Positions 43,981 to 59,190 of a stretch of 64,000 nt of DNA are shown piece by piece. The notes beneath the pieces were generated by a model. It was not told the DNA's origin and did no database searches. It was given only the letters and a program-made list of their open reading frames with translations. The position numbers and the translations under genes are program-made. Source of the stretch: the human T2T-CHM13v2.0 reference genome, Homo sapiens. Location of the stretch: assembly GCF_009914755.1 (NCBI RefSeq), contig NC_060930.1. The stretch is one strand, 5' to 3'. Each line of letters starts with the position of its first letter. The first letter of the stretch is position 1.

Positions 43981-46075
43981 TGTCTTTGATTTTTGATAGT
44001 TTGATTATTATGTGTTGTGGTGTACTCCTCTTTGGGTTGCAATTGATTAGAGACCTTTACACTTCCTGTGCCTGGGTGTTGGCATCTATCCCCAGATTAG
44101 GAAGGTTTTTGGCCATTATTTCTTTTGATATATTTTCTTGCTCCCTTTCCCATTCTTCTTCTTCTGCGATTTTTAGTATGTGAAGATTTGGTGTCCTGAT
44201 GGTGTCTCATATTTCTCATAGGCTTTCTCCATTCTCTTTCATTCTTTTGTCTTTTTGTTCCTCTGACTAGGTAATTTCAAGTGTCTGTCTTCCAGCTCAC
44301 TGACTCTTACTTCTGCTTGATCAAGCCTTCATTGAAGCTTTCAACTAAATGTTTCAGTTTAGCCTCTGTATTTTTCATTGCCAGGATATCTATCTGGTTC
44401 TTTTTTAATTGTTTCTAGTTCTTTGTCAAACTTCTCACTGTTTTTCTTGTTTTTTCTTCAAATTTCATTTAAATTTTGTATCTGCATATTCTTGTAGTTC
44501 ACTGAACTCTTTATGAATATTATTCATAGCTCCTCATTTTTTTGGAGTCTGTTATTGGAGCTTAATTAGTTTCTTTTGGAGGTGTCAGGATTCCCTCAAT
44601 TTTGTGATCCTTGTGTCTTTGTGTTGTTGTCTGTATATTTGAGGAGACTGCCTCCTTTTCCGGCCTTTACAGGTGTTCTACGGTGAGGATATACTTTCGC
44701 TATTTAGTTCAGATTGTGATTCTGGAAGGGTCAGGTGGTAATGACACCAGGTGGACAGAGCTTGTTGTGAATTCTCTAGTTGACTGGCCCACTGCCTTTG
44801 TTCTGAGGTTGGGTGGGCTGCTGACTGTGCTCCACTGTATGTTGAGATTACTGGCTGGGTATTGCTATCAAGTGGAGCTGCTGGCTGGGAATTGTGAGGG
44901 ATTCTTATCGGGTTGGTCACAAGATGTATTTCCAGGCTGGGTAATTCTGCTCTTTGAGATGTACAGTTGTGCAGGTCTGCAGGCTAGGCTTGGAGGTTAG
45001 GTAGAATTGTTGCTCAGAATAGGTAGTATCAGAGGCTATGCTCCTTAGAAATGCATGATTGAGGATTGTCTCACTGCTAGGGTGGAGATGTGTGTGGTGA
45101 GCTTTCAGCTGAGTTAACTGGCTGTTTGACCTACTGGGTCAAGCAGGTTTAACCCTTCTGCTTCTCTAAGATCAGTGAGGTGAAAGTCTTTTTGCCTGGG
45201 AAGAGTATTGGGAGTGCTTTTTGGCTGAGCGGAGCTACTGCCTGACTTCCTGAGTCAAACAGATTTAGCCCCTTTGCTTTCCTGAATTCCACAAAAGTGG
45301 GAGTCTCTCTGCCTGGGCAGGGTGTTTGCCAGGCTTTTTGGATGGGTGGAGCCACAGCTCGACTTCTAAAGTAAAGCTGGTCTATCTCATACACTTATCT
45401 GAGATATGGGAAAGTAGAAATCTCCCTGCCTGGGTGTGGTCATCAGGAAGGGTTCTGAGACTAGACAGGGAGACTAGCAGTATAGGAACTCAAGCTAGGT
45501 GGTACTTCCCACCATGCTTCTGAAGGGGATCAGGTCGGCTTTGTAGGTGGGCTATGCGGTTTACAGATATCTCTGATTTGGCAAGAATAGCTGGCAGGAA
45601 CACAGAGGTACTACCAAGATCTGTGCACTGGTCACTATGACCTCTGCCTTCTTTCTTTGTTTCTACCTAACTCCACCTTGTCTACTCATGCCATTTTTCC
45701 TAGTGTTCCCCATAAAATGAGACTAGAGTGAGCTGCCCAGAAAGCATCTTGGAACGCAAGGAAAACTGGATGACTTCCTCAGGGTCTCTTTTCCCCTTGT
45801 AGAAATTGTAGGCCCAAGAAAATCCTCTCAATCTGGCACCATCTAGACTTGGAAGAAGGATGGGGCAGCACAATCAGTATGAGACTGTTCTTCTTAACCT
45901 TCTAATTAAAATTTCATTCAATTCTGTGGAAAACATGGGTGTCTCAGGCTTGTTGCCAAATGTTGGGGTTTTCAAAAGGATGCTCTAGGCTATAGATACT
46001 TGCTAGATAAACTTTCTGTAGAGGGTGTGGAGCTTGAGACATCTTATTCTGCCATTTTTCTGATGTCATTCTTCC

Positions 46076-47212
46076 TATCAAATTTTTAAGTGAAGGCCTT
46101 TCCCCTTCAGAGAACACAATGAAAAATGGTGTTCTTCAAGTAATGATAATTATTGAAATAATGGGAGTTACTAAATAAATGCTACATTTGATTTGTTTTT
46201 GTATGAACACTTAGAAAAAATTTCAAAATGAATAGCCAAATGTGCCTTAATTATCCCAAATTATTCACTAGAATTAAATAATGGGAAAACATATAAAGTA
46301 TTAAATCAGGTAAACCAGACACCAAAAATTACTGTATTATTATAGCATCTACAACAAATGTGATTCGCTGGTTATTATCATGTGCTACTGTTTTCACTGA
46401 AACCTCATGAATGACTTTTAAATATTTCACCAGCCAAAAATTCTCTGTATGTAAAAGTGATAAGTGGAATTACTGAATATGCTTCTGGATTATTTAATAA
46501 TCCAATTAATGAAGAGAAGTGACTCATATGAACAAATTAGAAAAAGATTTAAATTTCTTGCCACTTTAAGATGAAATAGTGACTTTAATGATCATATTAT
46601 AAATGCATAATACAATACTACAATGACGACATAAATGACAAACTGGTCAATGAGTGTTATTAACTGAAATGGTATTTAAGATTGATCGCAGCCAAAGAAA
46701 ACTTGAAATGACCTGATATCTTACAGCTCACATAAAAAAGAAACTTGATAGAAGTTTTCCTGAATCTGACAATTCAAAATATTTGCATGATACTACCAAA
46801 ATGATTTATAGAACTGAAAGAAAATTTTTCAAAGTTTAAATAACAACTAAAGACAATAATATATCAAAATTCAATGAACTCTGCTAGAAGAAAGATTTTC
46901 TACCTTTGCTATAGAAAATTAACAATTGTCATATGAAAAGGCTGTCAAAGAGTGCGCAGATAATAAACGTAAGCAAAAATACTATCATATAGGTGGGTAA
47001 GGCCGTTCATAAATAAAATATTTATAATTTATTTATGGATTTATGATGCTTTCTATTTTTAAATGTCTTTAAAATGCATAATTTGTTGTGTTTTTTTCTC
47101 CTTCTAAATCAATTTTCTCCTTAATTTTGTATTCACAACTTTGTATTTTTTTAAAAAAAGATTCCTTAAATGGTATGCAATTCAGACCCATGAAACCTTT
47201 GGTTTGTCCCTG
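46076..47212 (+). mobile_element. Zaphod-like (hAT-Tip100) transposon, right part with fossil transposase and 3' end
   Basis: IKFLSE-GLP/FREHNEK motif; LIEVFLNLT...ER.F...EER hAT dimerization remnant near 46745-46895; end ...ttcagacccatgaaacctttggtttgtccctg. Confidence 0.7.
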
Positions 47213-47819
47213 CTCTAATCTTAGGCTTCCTTTCGGTTTGGGACGGTCTTTTCATTTTCCCTCTTTGGATCTTTTCCTTCTTGCCTGGAGCCGATGACAG
47301 AAGGCCAGAAGGCAACTTCTGTTATAGGGGTAATGATACTTTTGTCCCCTAGAGCATTGGAGACCAAAAGATTGGGGGGAATGCAAGGAAGGGAGTAGAA
47401 AATATTGTGAGAATATTCGTGAGGGGAAAATGTACTTCCATCTTGCATTGTGCCACACTCAGGTGCCTGCCCTTTGCTCTACCAGCTCCCTGATCTCCTA
47501 TTCATTCGCCATGACAGTCAGAGTAATCTCTAAAGCAAAAATTAAACGGCTAAATGAATGTCTTACTTGGTCATGTGACTTGCTGATTTATTTACTGGGT
47601 CCCTGCTCTGCCTGCACAACACTGTGCTGTCCACAAGTGTAGATTTCAAAGGTCTTAGCTTTAAAGATGAACCTTAGGCTAAATGTGGAGGTTGGAGGTG
47701 GGGGCTCAGGTGGCCCCTGGAAAACCTATGTCTTTTTCTACTTTATACGCTAGACTTTGATATGATATAAGATTGCCTGAAAGAAGCTGCTAGTGTTAAG
47801 GATTTGGAAAATCATTAAT

Positions 47820-48310
47820 CTTAAAAACATTTTAAACTCATGACTTCCAAGGCTTCTTAAGATCTAGCCCAACTTCTGTCCCAGGCTCACTGTTGCCAGC
47901 CCACAATATGCATCCTCTATTCCAGTCACCGAAAACTGCTCCTCTGTTCTCAAACATGCCACACTCTCTCCCTTCTGCCTTGCACATGCTCTTCCTTCTC
48001 TACGAGTGCGTTTTCTTCCCTTGTTGGAGAGACAAACTCCTTTCACCCTAAGTCTCAGCTTAAACGCTGCCTCTGCCCAGTGCCCCATTCACATTTCCTC
48101 TTTCCTCTTTCCCTTGGCAAGCCCATGCAATGATTTATTTATTTGAATCAATTTTGGCACAGGGCTCTGACATTGTCTCATAGTTGTTCATCCAGTTTCC
48201 TAATTATGAGTTTTTCATCAGCTCTTGTCCTGTTAATCTTGTATCATTGGGACATAGCTTGGGATTTAATATACAGCAGGGGCTCAAAAGAATTAAATGA
48301 ATGAAGAAAA
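47820..48310 (+). mobile_element. L2 fragment
   Basis: gccttgcacatgctcttccttct...gtctcagcttaaa...ggggctcaaaagaattaaatgaatgaa. Confidence 0.65.
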
Positions 48311-48799
48311 GATAAAAAATAAGTGAAGCTAAACTAAACGATATTTATCAAGTTAAAGTCATACTTCCCTGAAAAGGCATTTCTTGAGTTACAAACCCCT
48401 AAGTTGTGTTGGTACTAAACAGATGAATTGTGAGCTGTGTTTTGCCTTTATTCTCTTCTGCCCCTACCTGATTCAGACAGCCTTTGCCTATCCACATGAT
48501 ATTCTCTTCTGCTCAGTTCTGGGAATTGTATGATGTAATAGTTCTTTGCTACCAATTCCTTCTATCCTTTGAAATGAGAGCATGCAGAGGATGTATTTGC
48601 CTATTTCTTTTTAATGATTTTTCCCCAGCACTTATTTTGCTGTGGAAAATCTAACCTTCCTTCTTTTCAGGTGTCTTAGATCAGTCCCTTTTCTCTTCCT
48701 TTGCTGTGTTTCTGAGATGATATCCTCAAAATACTGCATGGCTTAAGAATCATGTAAAGGCTACATTTTTATCAAGATAAGAGAAGGTTGGTTTGAAAA

Positions 48800-49240
48800 T
48801 ACTTTTATGCAACAAATATTTAGTACAGGCAGAGGTAGGTAATGGGGTCATAGAGGTGACCAGGACAGAGAACATCCCTGACATCACGAAGCCTATAGTC
48901 TAGTTGGGGAGACAGGAATAAAGGGCTATCCAGACAAGTGACCCTACTATGACCAAGAATTAGGATTGAGGTAAATGCATGAATGCTCAGGGCACTATGC
49001 TACTCAAAGAGGAGAGCCCTCTGGTCTGAAGTTGTGAAGATGAATAAGGGGGCCTGGGTAATGTGGAGAAGCTGGGTGTAGGAGGGGGAGATTTAGAGAC
49101 TGATGAAGAAGTGTGTCCAGAAACCCTGAGCTCAGAAGAGCCTGAAAAGGTTGAGGAAGACAAGAAGTCTGTGAGGCAGAAGCAGAGAGGGGTAGAGAAA
49201 GTGGCAGGAGACAAGGTTCCTCAACAGAGCAAAGCAACCA
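48800..49240 (-). mobile_element. L2 fragment
   Basis: caacaaatattt...catccctgacatcacgaagcctatagtctagttggggagacag. Confidence 0.6.
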
Positions 49241-50019
49241 AGCCATCCTGTCAGCCTTGAAGTCCTTAACACTCTCCAGAGGTTCTTCTCCAGATTAACT
49301 TTCTTTTCTATTTTGCTTTTGTTGTTAATTATGAATATAGCAATGGTATGTTTTCCTTCCCCCTCCTCAAATGTAATGCATTTTTGCCATCATACGGGTT
49401 ATTTAGGCCTCTGTGGGCTAGTGTGGAACTCTGACATCATTTCTGTGTTTTCTTCTAGGGGATAATTCCTCCTGAAATCCAAACACTGTCCATACTCTTC
49501 TGGTGCACCCGTTTTTACGTTGGTGAGTGCCTGCATTACTAGACAGGTGTCTTATCTGTGATGACTGCTGAGGGGTAAACATTAAACTCATTCTGAATAG
49601 AAAATGATAAGCTCCTTCTGCCTGCCAGGGAAATTGTGGTTTTCATAATTTTATTGCTGAAGAAGTAGTTGTCATGGCAATAATTTGTATGACTTTGAAC
49701 AGCCATTGGGTAAGTACTGTGAATGGTGAGCTTTCAATGCACCAAGAAATCACTGCCTGATGAGGATTCTGCACAATGCTTTGTTGGAGGTGGTGTATTT
49801 CTCTGGTTTTTGTGACATAATTGATTGAGTCTTCACAACTTCAGGTGATTTCTATAGGTATTTATTTAAAGCCCTTAAGATGTTCCTTATGTCAGAAATT
49901 GTTCATTTGCTACTTTGTGCTTTAAGCTCATGCTCAATGCCTTCAGTCGTATGGGTTGGCAGTTTGCACCTGTGAGATTCAAATCTTAGCACCTCTGAAA
50001 TAATTTTACTGAATCCAAC

Positions 50020-50714
<695 letters not shown>

Positions 50715-50997
50715 CCAACAAATATTTTTGAGTGCCTACTATGAGCACGACGCAACTCTAGGCCCTGCAGAAGACAGAATGGACACGAACACACGTGCCT
50801 AAAACCATAGCAGCTAAATTTTTAAAGCAGATATAGGCATTACTTGATATTATGATTAATATGGAATAGCCTTACTATGAGTTAGAATTTGTAGCACACG
50901 CTACATGAGAGTAAGGTTGGTGTGTGTGGACTGGAAGTCACAGGTGAATTTTCTATACTCCTTTCTGGTTCATTTTCTTACTGCTCTCCTTGTAAAC

Positions 50998-51190
50998 AAG
51001 AGGCAGCATAACGTCGTCATTAAGAACAGAGTCTGGGATGTCTCCATTTAAGCAGTTTTTAAAATTTTCTTTGTGACCCAGTTTCCCCCTGTAAAATGAT
51101 GTTACAAAACTATTTTCTTTAGGGATTCATTTTGGGGTCTAAATGAGTTGGCAAATACAAAGTTCTTAGAGCTGTGATAGTACACACTAA
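50998..51190 (+). mobile_element. MIR SINE
   Basis: gaggcagcat...taagaacagagtctgg...ctgtaaaatg...taaatgag. Confidence 0.6.
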
Positions 51191-52909
51191 TATTACCAAT
51201 AAAGAATGGTAGCACATTCAGGCACATTTGGCACATCTTGGCTTCCTGATTTAGTACAACTGTGGCTCTTTCTAATCAGTAAATTGTCTCAGAGAGATGG
51301 ACATATTCGTTTATTCATCCATCCATACATCCAGTAGTTATTTATTCAGTAATCATAAATTGGGAGCCATGGGTTTTGGTGCTGGATATATAGTAAGGGA
51401 TAGACAGCTTGAGTGAAGGAAGGAGCAAAATCAGTGGTTGTAGCCTTTGAGGATTTCATGGAGAGTAAAATTGCAAAAATAAATGTGGGGATTGATATCA
51501 GACCACCAACATTTTATTTTTCCAAGTAAGGATGTTAAAAACAACCAATTATCATTTGGTATCACCATATTTTAACCCCCAAACAGCAAGAAAAACATAA
51601 TACCAGAATAAATGAGTCTGTAAAGTAAAGTAAATTTATGTTGGGAACAAGAGTTGACTGTGTTTACCTGCCCATGATAGTGCTCAATAATAATCTGTTG
51701 AACAAACATGCCATTTCCCCATTTTCCCCAGGATTTTGCAGACCAAAGAAACTTTACTTGCAGACCAATATTTAGGAGGTTGGGAGAAAATGGGCTTCCA
51801 GTTGTGCATTTGGGTTAGAATCTACAGACATCTTTTACTTCATGCATCTTCAAGGAAAAAAACTGGACAGAAAGGTGTAAGTTTATCCAATTAACAGGTG
51901 GTGGTGATTGATGGCCAAATAAAAAAGGTTATTGGAGAGAAGGCTTAGAGTGTTCTTTTACAAATTATGGGAATGAATTTTATTTCATAAATCAAAATTT
52001 TTATGAGTGTTCTGATTTTTATATGCTTTGTGGTTGAGGGTTATATTCCTGAGACTTTAAACAGAAGCTTTGTGGTTAACAGTTAAAAAATCTCAGAAAG
52101 CACACTGCTCGCTCTCAGTAAAGATAATAAGACATAACCATACAGGTGTAAATTGAGAGACCTTTTATTCACCGGGATAATCTTTTATCATTGCCCTTTG
52201 TTCACTGTGATCTGGTTTTCAAGGAATGTTCCTATTTTCTCATCTTTTATTCTTTATCTTTCTAGAACCCAGTTATACCAGATTTATGTCAGCAGGATGC
52301 TTCCTTTCAAGGCTTATTAGATACTACCGGATGCTACATTTTTTCTCAACTTTAACCAAGGCTGAATAATTTTTTTCTAAATCATTTGATTTCCACTGGA
52401 ACCACTGACCAGAAAATGGTTGTAATCCAACTGATTTCTTAAGGTTGAAAGTAACGACATTTCTTTACATATGTTTATGTAAACTGAGGGTGACTGTTTG
52501 CTTTTGAAAAGTACCAAAATTTGAAGAACAGCAAATTAGTGTGGGATCAGCAAAGGAAAAGGGTGTACCTCTCTACCTATGACTGTCCTTATAAACTTGG
52601 ACTTTCTGGGGCTAGGAGAAGCTGACTTATGAATAGCATAGAATCTGTGAGGAAGAGGTCAAGTTGCAGACTGCAGGAATAGGGAGTCGGATTTCCTGTG
52701 AGTAAGAGAGCTCCTTCTTAAAGTCTGTCTTAAGTGAGCAGTGACCGATCCAGATGACCATACTACCGAAGTCCACCAGTTTGACAACCTCAGCTTCTTT
52801 GAGACACAGAAATCAAATTGTCTTCAATCAAATGGCATTACAATTATTTAAACTTTCTACTTTTTTTCCAACTCTCCTATTATGAAAATATTTTTATAAT
52901 TTCTGGAAC

Positions 52910-53065
52910 ATCCCTAACACAAAGAAATAGTAAATGCTTGAGGTTATGAATAGCCCAATTACCCTGTTTGATCATTATGCATTGAGTTCTTGAATCAAAC
53001 TATCACATGTACTTCATGAAAATGTACAACTATTATGTATCCATGATAATTAAAAATTTTTAAAA
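52910..53065 (+). mobile_element. L1MA 3' terminal fragment
   Basis: acacaaagaaatagtaaatgcttgaggttatg...tatcacatgtac...tattatgtatccatgataattaaaa. Confidence 0.8.
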
Positions 53066-53137
53066 ATGGAAGAAAAAATTGTATCCTTTTTATAATTAAA
53101 ATGTCAAGATCAGGAATATATGTCAAAGACCTAGTTC

Positions 53138-53481
53138 AGCTGGGGATGGTGGCTCATGCCTGTAATCCTAATCCCAGCACTTGGGGAGAACAAAGAGGGT
53201 GGATCACTTGAGGTCAGGAGTTTGAGACCAGCCTGACCAACATGGTGAAACCCTGTCTCTACTAAAAAAATAAAAAGAAAAAGAAAATACAAAATTCACT
53301 GGGTGTGGTGGTGCATGCCTGTAATCCCAACTACTTGGGAGGCTGAGGCAGGAGAATCGCTTGAACCCGGAGGCAGAGGTTGCAGTGAGCCGAGATCACA
53401 CTGTTGCACTTCGCTCCTGCCTGGGCAACAAGAGGGAAACTCCATCTCAGGGAAAACAACAACAACAACAACAACAACAAC
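53138..53481 (+). mobile_element. AluSq/Sp-like with (AAC)n tail
   Basis: ctgggcaacaagag diagnostic; TSD aaa(g/a)acctagttc. Confidence 0.95.
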
Positions 53482-55081
53482 AAAAACCTAGTTCTTAAAG
53501 AGCAATACATATTTTCACTCAAAATCTACTTACCTTTACTCTAGACACCATTTTAGTGCATTGAATTATTTGTTTTGTCAGCCCATTTCACTAGAAAAGG
53601 AGTAGGCAGAGAGGGTAAAGAACGTGCAGTTGTAAAAGCAAAGGCTCCAATTATAACTTAAGAAAAAATGGAGACTGATGCAAGAAAAGTGGCAAAATAT
53701 TCTAAATTGCAAACATTAAAAAAATAATCTCATTCATTCTACTAAGTGTAGAGGCATAAACCTTACTGTTGTTTGATTCTCTTCTCCATAAATGTAACAT
53801 TATATCTAGCACCTTTTTATTAAGAAGACAAGATGTGTGTAACGTGTCAATTTTTTTTTCTTTTAAACATGTTTAAAACGAAATTTAAGAAGAAACTGTC
53901 ATTATATGGGTAGTTCTTTGCTTCTGCTGGGGAGTTCTGTTAAGTGAAATATGTTTGTAAGAGACATAGGATTATAGATAAATTTATCACAGCTCTCTCC
54001 CCAAAATCTTCTCCTTTTCTCTTCTATAATCACGCCTCTACTTAGGAGTCAAGGAGAAGCAGCCAAAGAAAAAGTTACCAGACTAAAGCTGCAGGCCTGT
54101 TTCATATTTTCCAAGGAAGAAAGTGTAGAATATTCATTCTTCTTTCCGTGGTGACATCCTTTAGAATCTAAAAGAAAGGCAGGATTTATGTGCTATGGGT
54201 ACTGATCAAAGCAGACACTACCGTTTATTTCCTAAATTGCACTATGCATGAGCTACCCCAATATGTTTTCTCAGGCATTTTCCTGGTTTGTAGTATTTCT
54301 ACATCTCGATGGCTTTGTGCTACTTTTTTACTGTTTCTCAAATCAGGTCATCTTAGCTACAGCATAAGGAGGCTTGGGTGTCAGGGACCAACTCAAAGCC
54401 TCTTTTTCCATGACTTGGTTATTTCACTCATAATGACATATGCATTTTTTATCTTCTGGAATATTTGTAATTTATGCTACAGAACTTAATTCATTGTTAG
54501 CCACTGGATTCCACTGTAGCTTTTCCATTCTCCTATTCATAGCACTGAGATTGGCTCATTTTAACCAACACAAGGGTAACTCACAATACTTCTGAATCAC
54601 CCACAAAGACTAGCTCAGATCTGTGCACACAGTTACTAATCAGTAAATGTATGATCACCAGTTAATGTATTACAATGTAAGTTTAAGAGGGAACCAAATA
54701 AGGAAATGTATGGAGAACTAAAGACATATATGATATTCACATTATCATATTTGAATAAATTTACATATTATACCATACCTTGAATAAAAAATAACTTAAT
54801 ATGGTTAAATATATCAATTTACTTTTTATCTAGACTGCTTACTTGAAATTTCCCTAACTGATTATTAACAGAGATGTCAAGAACTACATTGGTGCTCACA
54901 CTAACATGGGTAAAACATTGTGAAGTTTAAAAAGGGTTCTATAAAGTCTCTATAGATCTGTATACTTTCAACACCAGGGAAAGATGATTAATTTTATACG
55001 TTCTTTACAGTACATCTATGTCCTGTGATAATTATACTACTTATAATCTCTTCTCATCTCCACCCTGATAATAGGTTTTCC

Positions 55082-55240
<159 letters not shown>

Positions 55241-55374
55241 TAAGGTTTAGAAAATTGTCCATAGTACAGGAATTAGTATTGTCTTTTCTTTTTAAATTAT
55301 TGTGGATCTGTACTACTTTTGTAAAATATAATAAAAATGAATTTGAATGTTGTCATAATGTGAAATTTCCTTTT

Positions 55375-55712
55375 AAAAGATTTTATTGTAAGTTGACAAT
55401 TTATATTTGCATATGTTTATGGGATACGAAGTGATGCTAGATCTATGAATATAATATGAAATAATTAAATCAAGCTAATTTACATATTCATCACCTCAAA
55501 TACTTATCACTTATTTTTCTTTCTGCTTTTTTTCTCCACAGCCCCCACTTGGCCTCTCTTACTTATCATTTTTTTTGTGATGAGAGCATATGAAATGTAC
55601 TCTTAGCAGTTTTGAAATGTACAATACACTATTATTGTATAAATCACCATGCTGTGCAATAAACATTCAATAAAAAAGTTTTTTCCTTCCAATTGAGATT
55701 TTGTACCCTTTC
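55375..55712 (-). mobile_element. L1MA7-like 3' end
   Basis: aattaaatcaagctaatttacatattcatcacctcaaatacttatca...gagattttgtacccttt. Confidence 0.85.
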
Positions 55713-56029
55713 AATTTTTGTGCTTATCTCATTGCACATCAGTAACAAGCAGTTTGCAAAGTGGTATAAGTCTGAAGATCAGATGAAATAGCACTGGTTT
55801 AAAAGACATTATGCTTAAAGGCTTTGCCTGCAATCACCCTATTAAACTACTGAATGTCTCCAGGAATCATGTAGGCTGTGGGAATCTCCAGGTCATGGAG
55901 AACAGCCTTTGTCATTAGACAGAAATGGTATATTAGTTCTTTCTCTTCCCTTTGGTAGCTTCTTTTCCACAGGTGTCTTACTTACCTCATTAACCCCAGC
56001 TTCCTTATCTCTAAAATGGGGATACTAAC

Positions 56030-56420
56030 TATATCAGCCAGTCAGGGTCTATCTAGGAGACAGAAGCTATGCAGGAATTTTTAAAGGAGAAGTTTAGTAT
56101 AAAATTATAAACTATGACAGGGGATTGATGCAATGAGGGATTGGCTAATAGGATATGAAGAGAACTCTGTAGAACGCAGGAATAATAGATGTGAAGATCA
56201 GCCACTGCCCCTAGGGCTGAGATAGACAGCCCAAAGAAATGACCTCTACAGGGCTGAGCTCTAGATGCCATTGAAAAGGAGCCCTTCAGGGCTGTGGCTC
56301 ACCGGATGGCAAAGAGCTCACTGCGGTGCCAAGCTTGCAGAACTTGCTGGAATCCACTGCCTGAGGTTCCAGGGGAATTTTCTATAAAGCTGCCTGAAAG
56401 GGTATCAGGGGAAGCTTCTG
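56030..56420 (-). mobile_element. ERVL LTR (LTR41/LTR52-like)
   Basis: cagtcagggtctatctaggagacagaa...gagaactct...cagccactgcccctagggctgag. Confidence 0.55.
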
Positions 56421-56711
56421 GGTACTTAAAAATGGAGTCTCTCTAATCCCGCTTTCTAGTTTCCCTTCCAGAATGTCCCTAGTTCTAACCACACTTTGGT
56501 AAGAAGCAGGTCAAGTCCCTGGGTAGAGTGTGACAAATTCTCAAGTCCCTTAAAGATTTTTTTAGAATCTGGGGGAAGTGAGGAGAGAGTGAGGGAGGAA
56601 ATATAGCTACTAAAAATGTTGAGGCTGTTCTCCAGGAGGATTTAGGGTTCATTTTCAGCAACATGCTGAAAATATGATTAGCTCGTTGGTTTCTAAGCTG
56701 CATCCCAAAGG

Positions 56712-57130
56712 AAATATTAATTTGAATTCTTTGGGTTGCAAGAAACATAAACCAACCCTTCTGAGCTTAAAGAAAAAAGGAATTCATTGGAAAGATACTA
56801 CGGAAATTTGTTAAAGTACAGGGAGAATTTGGAGTTCCTTCCAAACTCCGGGTGGAAGAAAAGGTCCTTGTACAACTCTGGGGTTTCAGCAGCAGAAATT
56901 AATGTCTTCTGTAGTCCAACTCATGAACTCAACTCAGTTCTGGTAAAAATCAGTCCCCAGGCCTCACAATAAGGTATAGGAGAGAGACTCTGACTGATCC
57001 AGCCTGGGCAAGATGGATACCTTGCCTGGATTGTCCACTGATGGACCAAGACACTGAGTCACATAGTATGGTCTTGACCAGCAGAGGGTTGAACAGAGTA
57101 GCAAGGCTAGAAATGGAAATGCTGACATCC
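56712..57130 (-). mobile_element. Old MLT1 (M/N/O-type) LTR
   Basis: attctttgggttgcaagaaacataaaccaac...aaaaggaattcattggaaagata...tctgactgatccagcctggg. Confidence 0.55.
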
Positions 57131-58055
57131 TTTTGAGCCAGGCAGTCAGTGAAGAGAGGGCTGCAGAAAGAAGTTTTACCTGTAGCCCAGTGTTGCTAAT
57201 AAAATGTTGAAAAACTATCTGAGGGCAGCCAGACCTGTTCCCACAAGTGATAGCTGGTTTTCATTTGGGGATCTTCACTTTGTGACAAGCCGGATTTCTA
57301 TTTCCATCAGATAAAGGCTGGCAATAATGAACATCTTCCTGATAACTCTCATCACGGTTTTCCAAGGAGCTGAAAATGGTAATTAATGCAAAAGCTGTGT
57401 TTATTGGTTCGTGAAATTGAGTGCGTGCCATCCTTTGATACTGTGTCTCCTTGAAAGTGAACGTTTGGGAGGGGGTGGGAAACACACTGCACATTAAAGA
57501 CTCAATTTATTTGACAAGATGCTACAACAAAGACAACCTCATGTATATGAAAATCCTGGCTCTTCCTTGCTTTGCCAAAGTAGAGTTGACAGAGCAAGGA
57601 ACAAGTGTCTTCCCCATTCCCCTCCCTCCAGAGCTCCAACCCCCTCCTTCACATTGCTCTTAATAAGATAGCCACAAGTTTGGGATGACATTGTCTATTT
57701 CACTCTAGGACACAGTTTATACTTCATCCCCCCAACTCCACTTACTCAGAGTTCTTAGTAGGAGGCTGAGGCGAGCAATTTTGTCTGATGGATTCCTCAA
57801 GGCCCTCAAGGGGGCACCAAGGCATGGAGTGCTAGAAGATCCCTTATGCAGCAGAAGAAAATAGGAAACTGTGTTTAAGAGGAATTCTAGGACTGGGAGC
57901 CTCATAGTTGGAAGCTCCAAGTCTCCCTTTCCTTTCAGCATTTTAAGTTATGAGTTTTGGTTGTTGCCAAATCTGCATTTCCTAGGCTTTTATGATCAAA
58001 TATTAGTCATAATGGGAGTGAAACAAATGCTGATGTGAGGCTCTAAGGAATCTTA

Positions 58056-58530
58056 CACACACACACACACACACAAATACATATACACACATACTATGCA
58101 CATGTACATCTCACACACACTATCTGCATGTAGAGCCATACCACGTATACATAAACCATCCACAAAACACAAAAACACAAATGCATGCATTCACATAGGT
58201 GCAAACACACTTATGCTACACAATATTACAAATACACGCATTACCCATGTGCACAAACACAAGGCACATAGCAAACATACACATTCACAACGATTCACAC
58301 CCCCACACAGTACACTCGAATATGCTACAAATATACACATTGCATAATATCAGGCACACATATCACATGCCCAAACATACCTCTATGCCACACATATGAC
58401 ACACACACAAAGATACCCACTCCACTATGTACCACAATGTGGTTATCTCCTACACATTCCCCACAATACATATTCCATAATACACCTCCCAACATACCAT
58501 ATCATACATAACACTTACACAACCACCCAT
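58056..58530. repeat. (CA)n and CA-rich low-complexity tract
   Basis: acacacacac... followed by degenerate CA/CAT-rich sequence; a similar tract lies at 60637-60720. Confidence 0.85.
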
Positions 58531-58568
58531 AGCCTGTGTCAGATGTGGCTCATGATCCACTACCCTAA

Positions 58569-59190
<622 letters not shown>

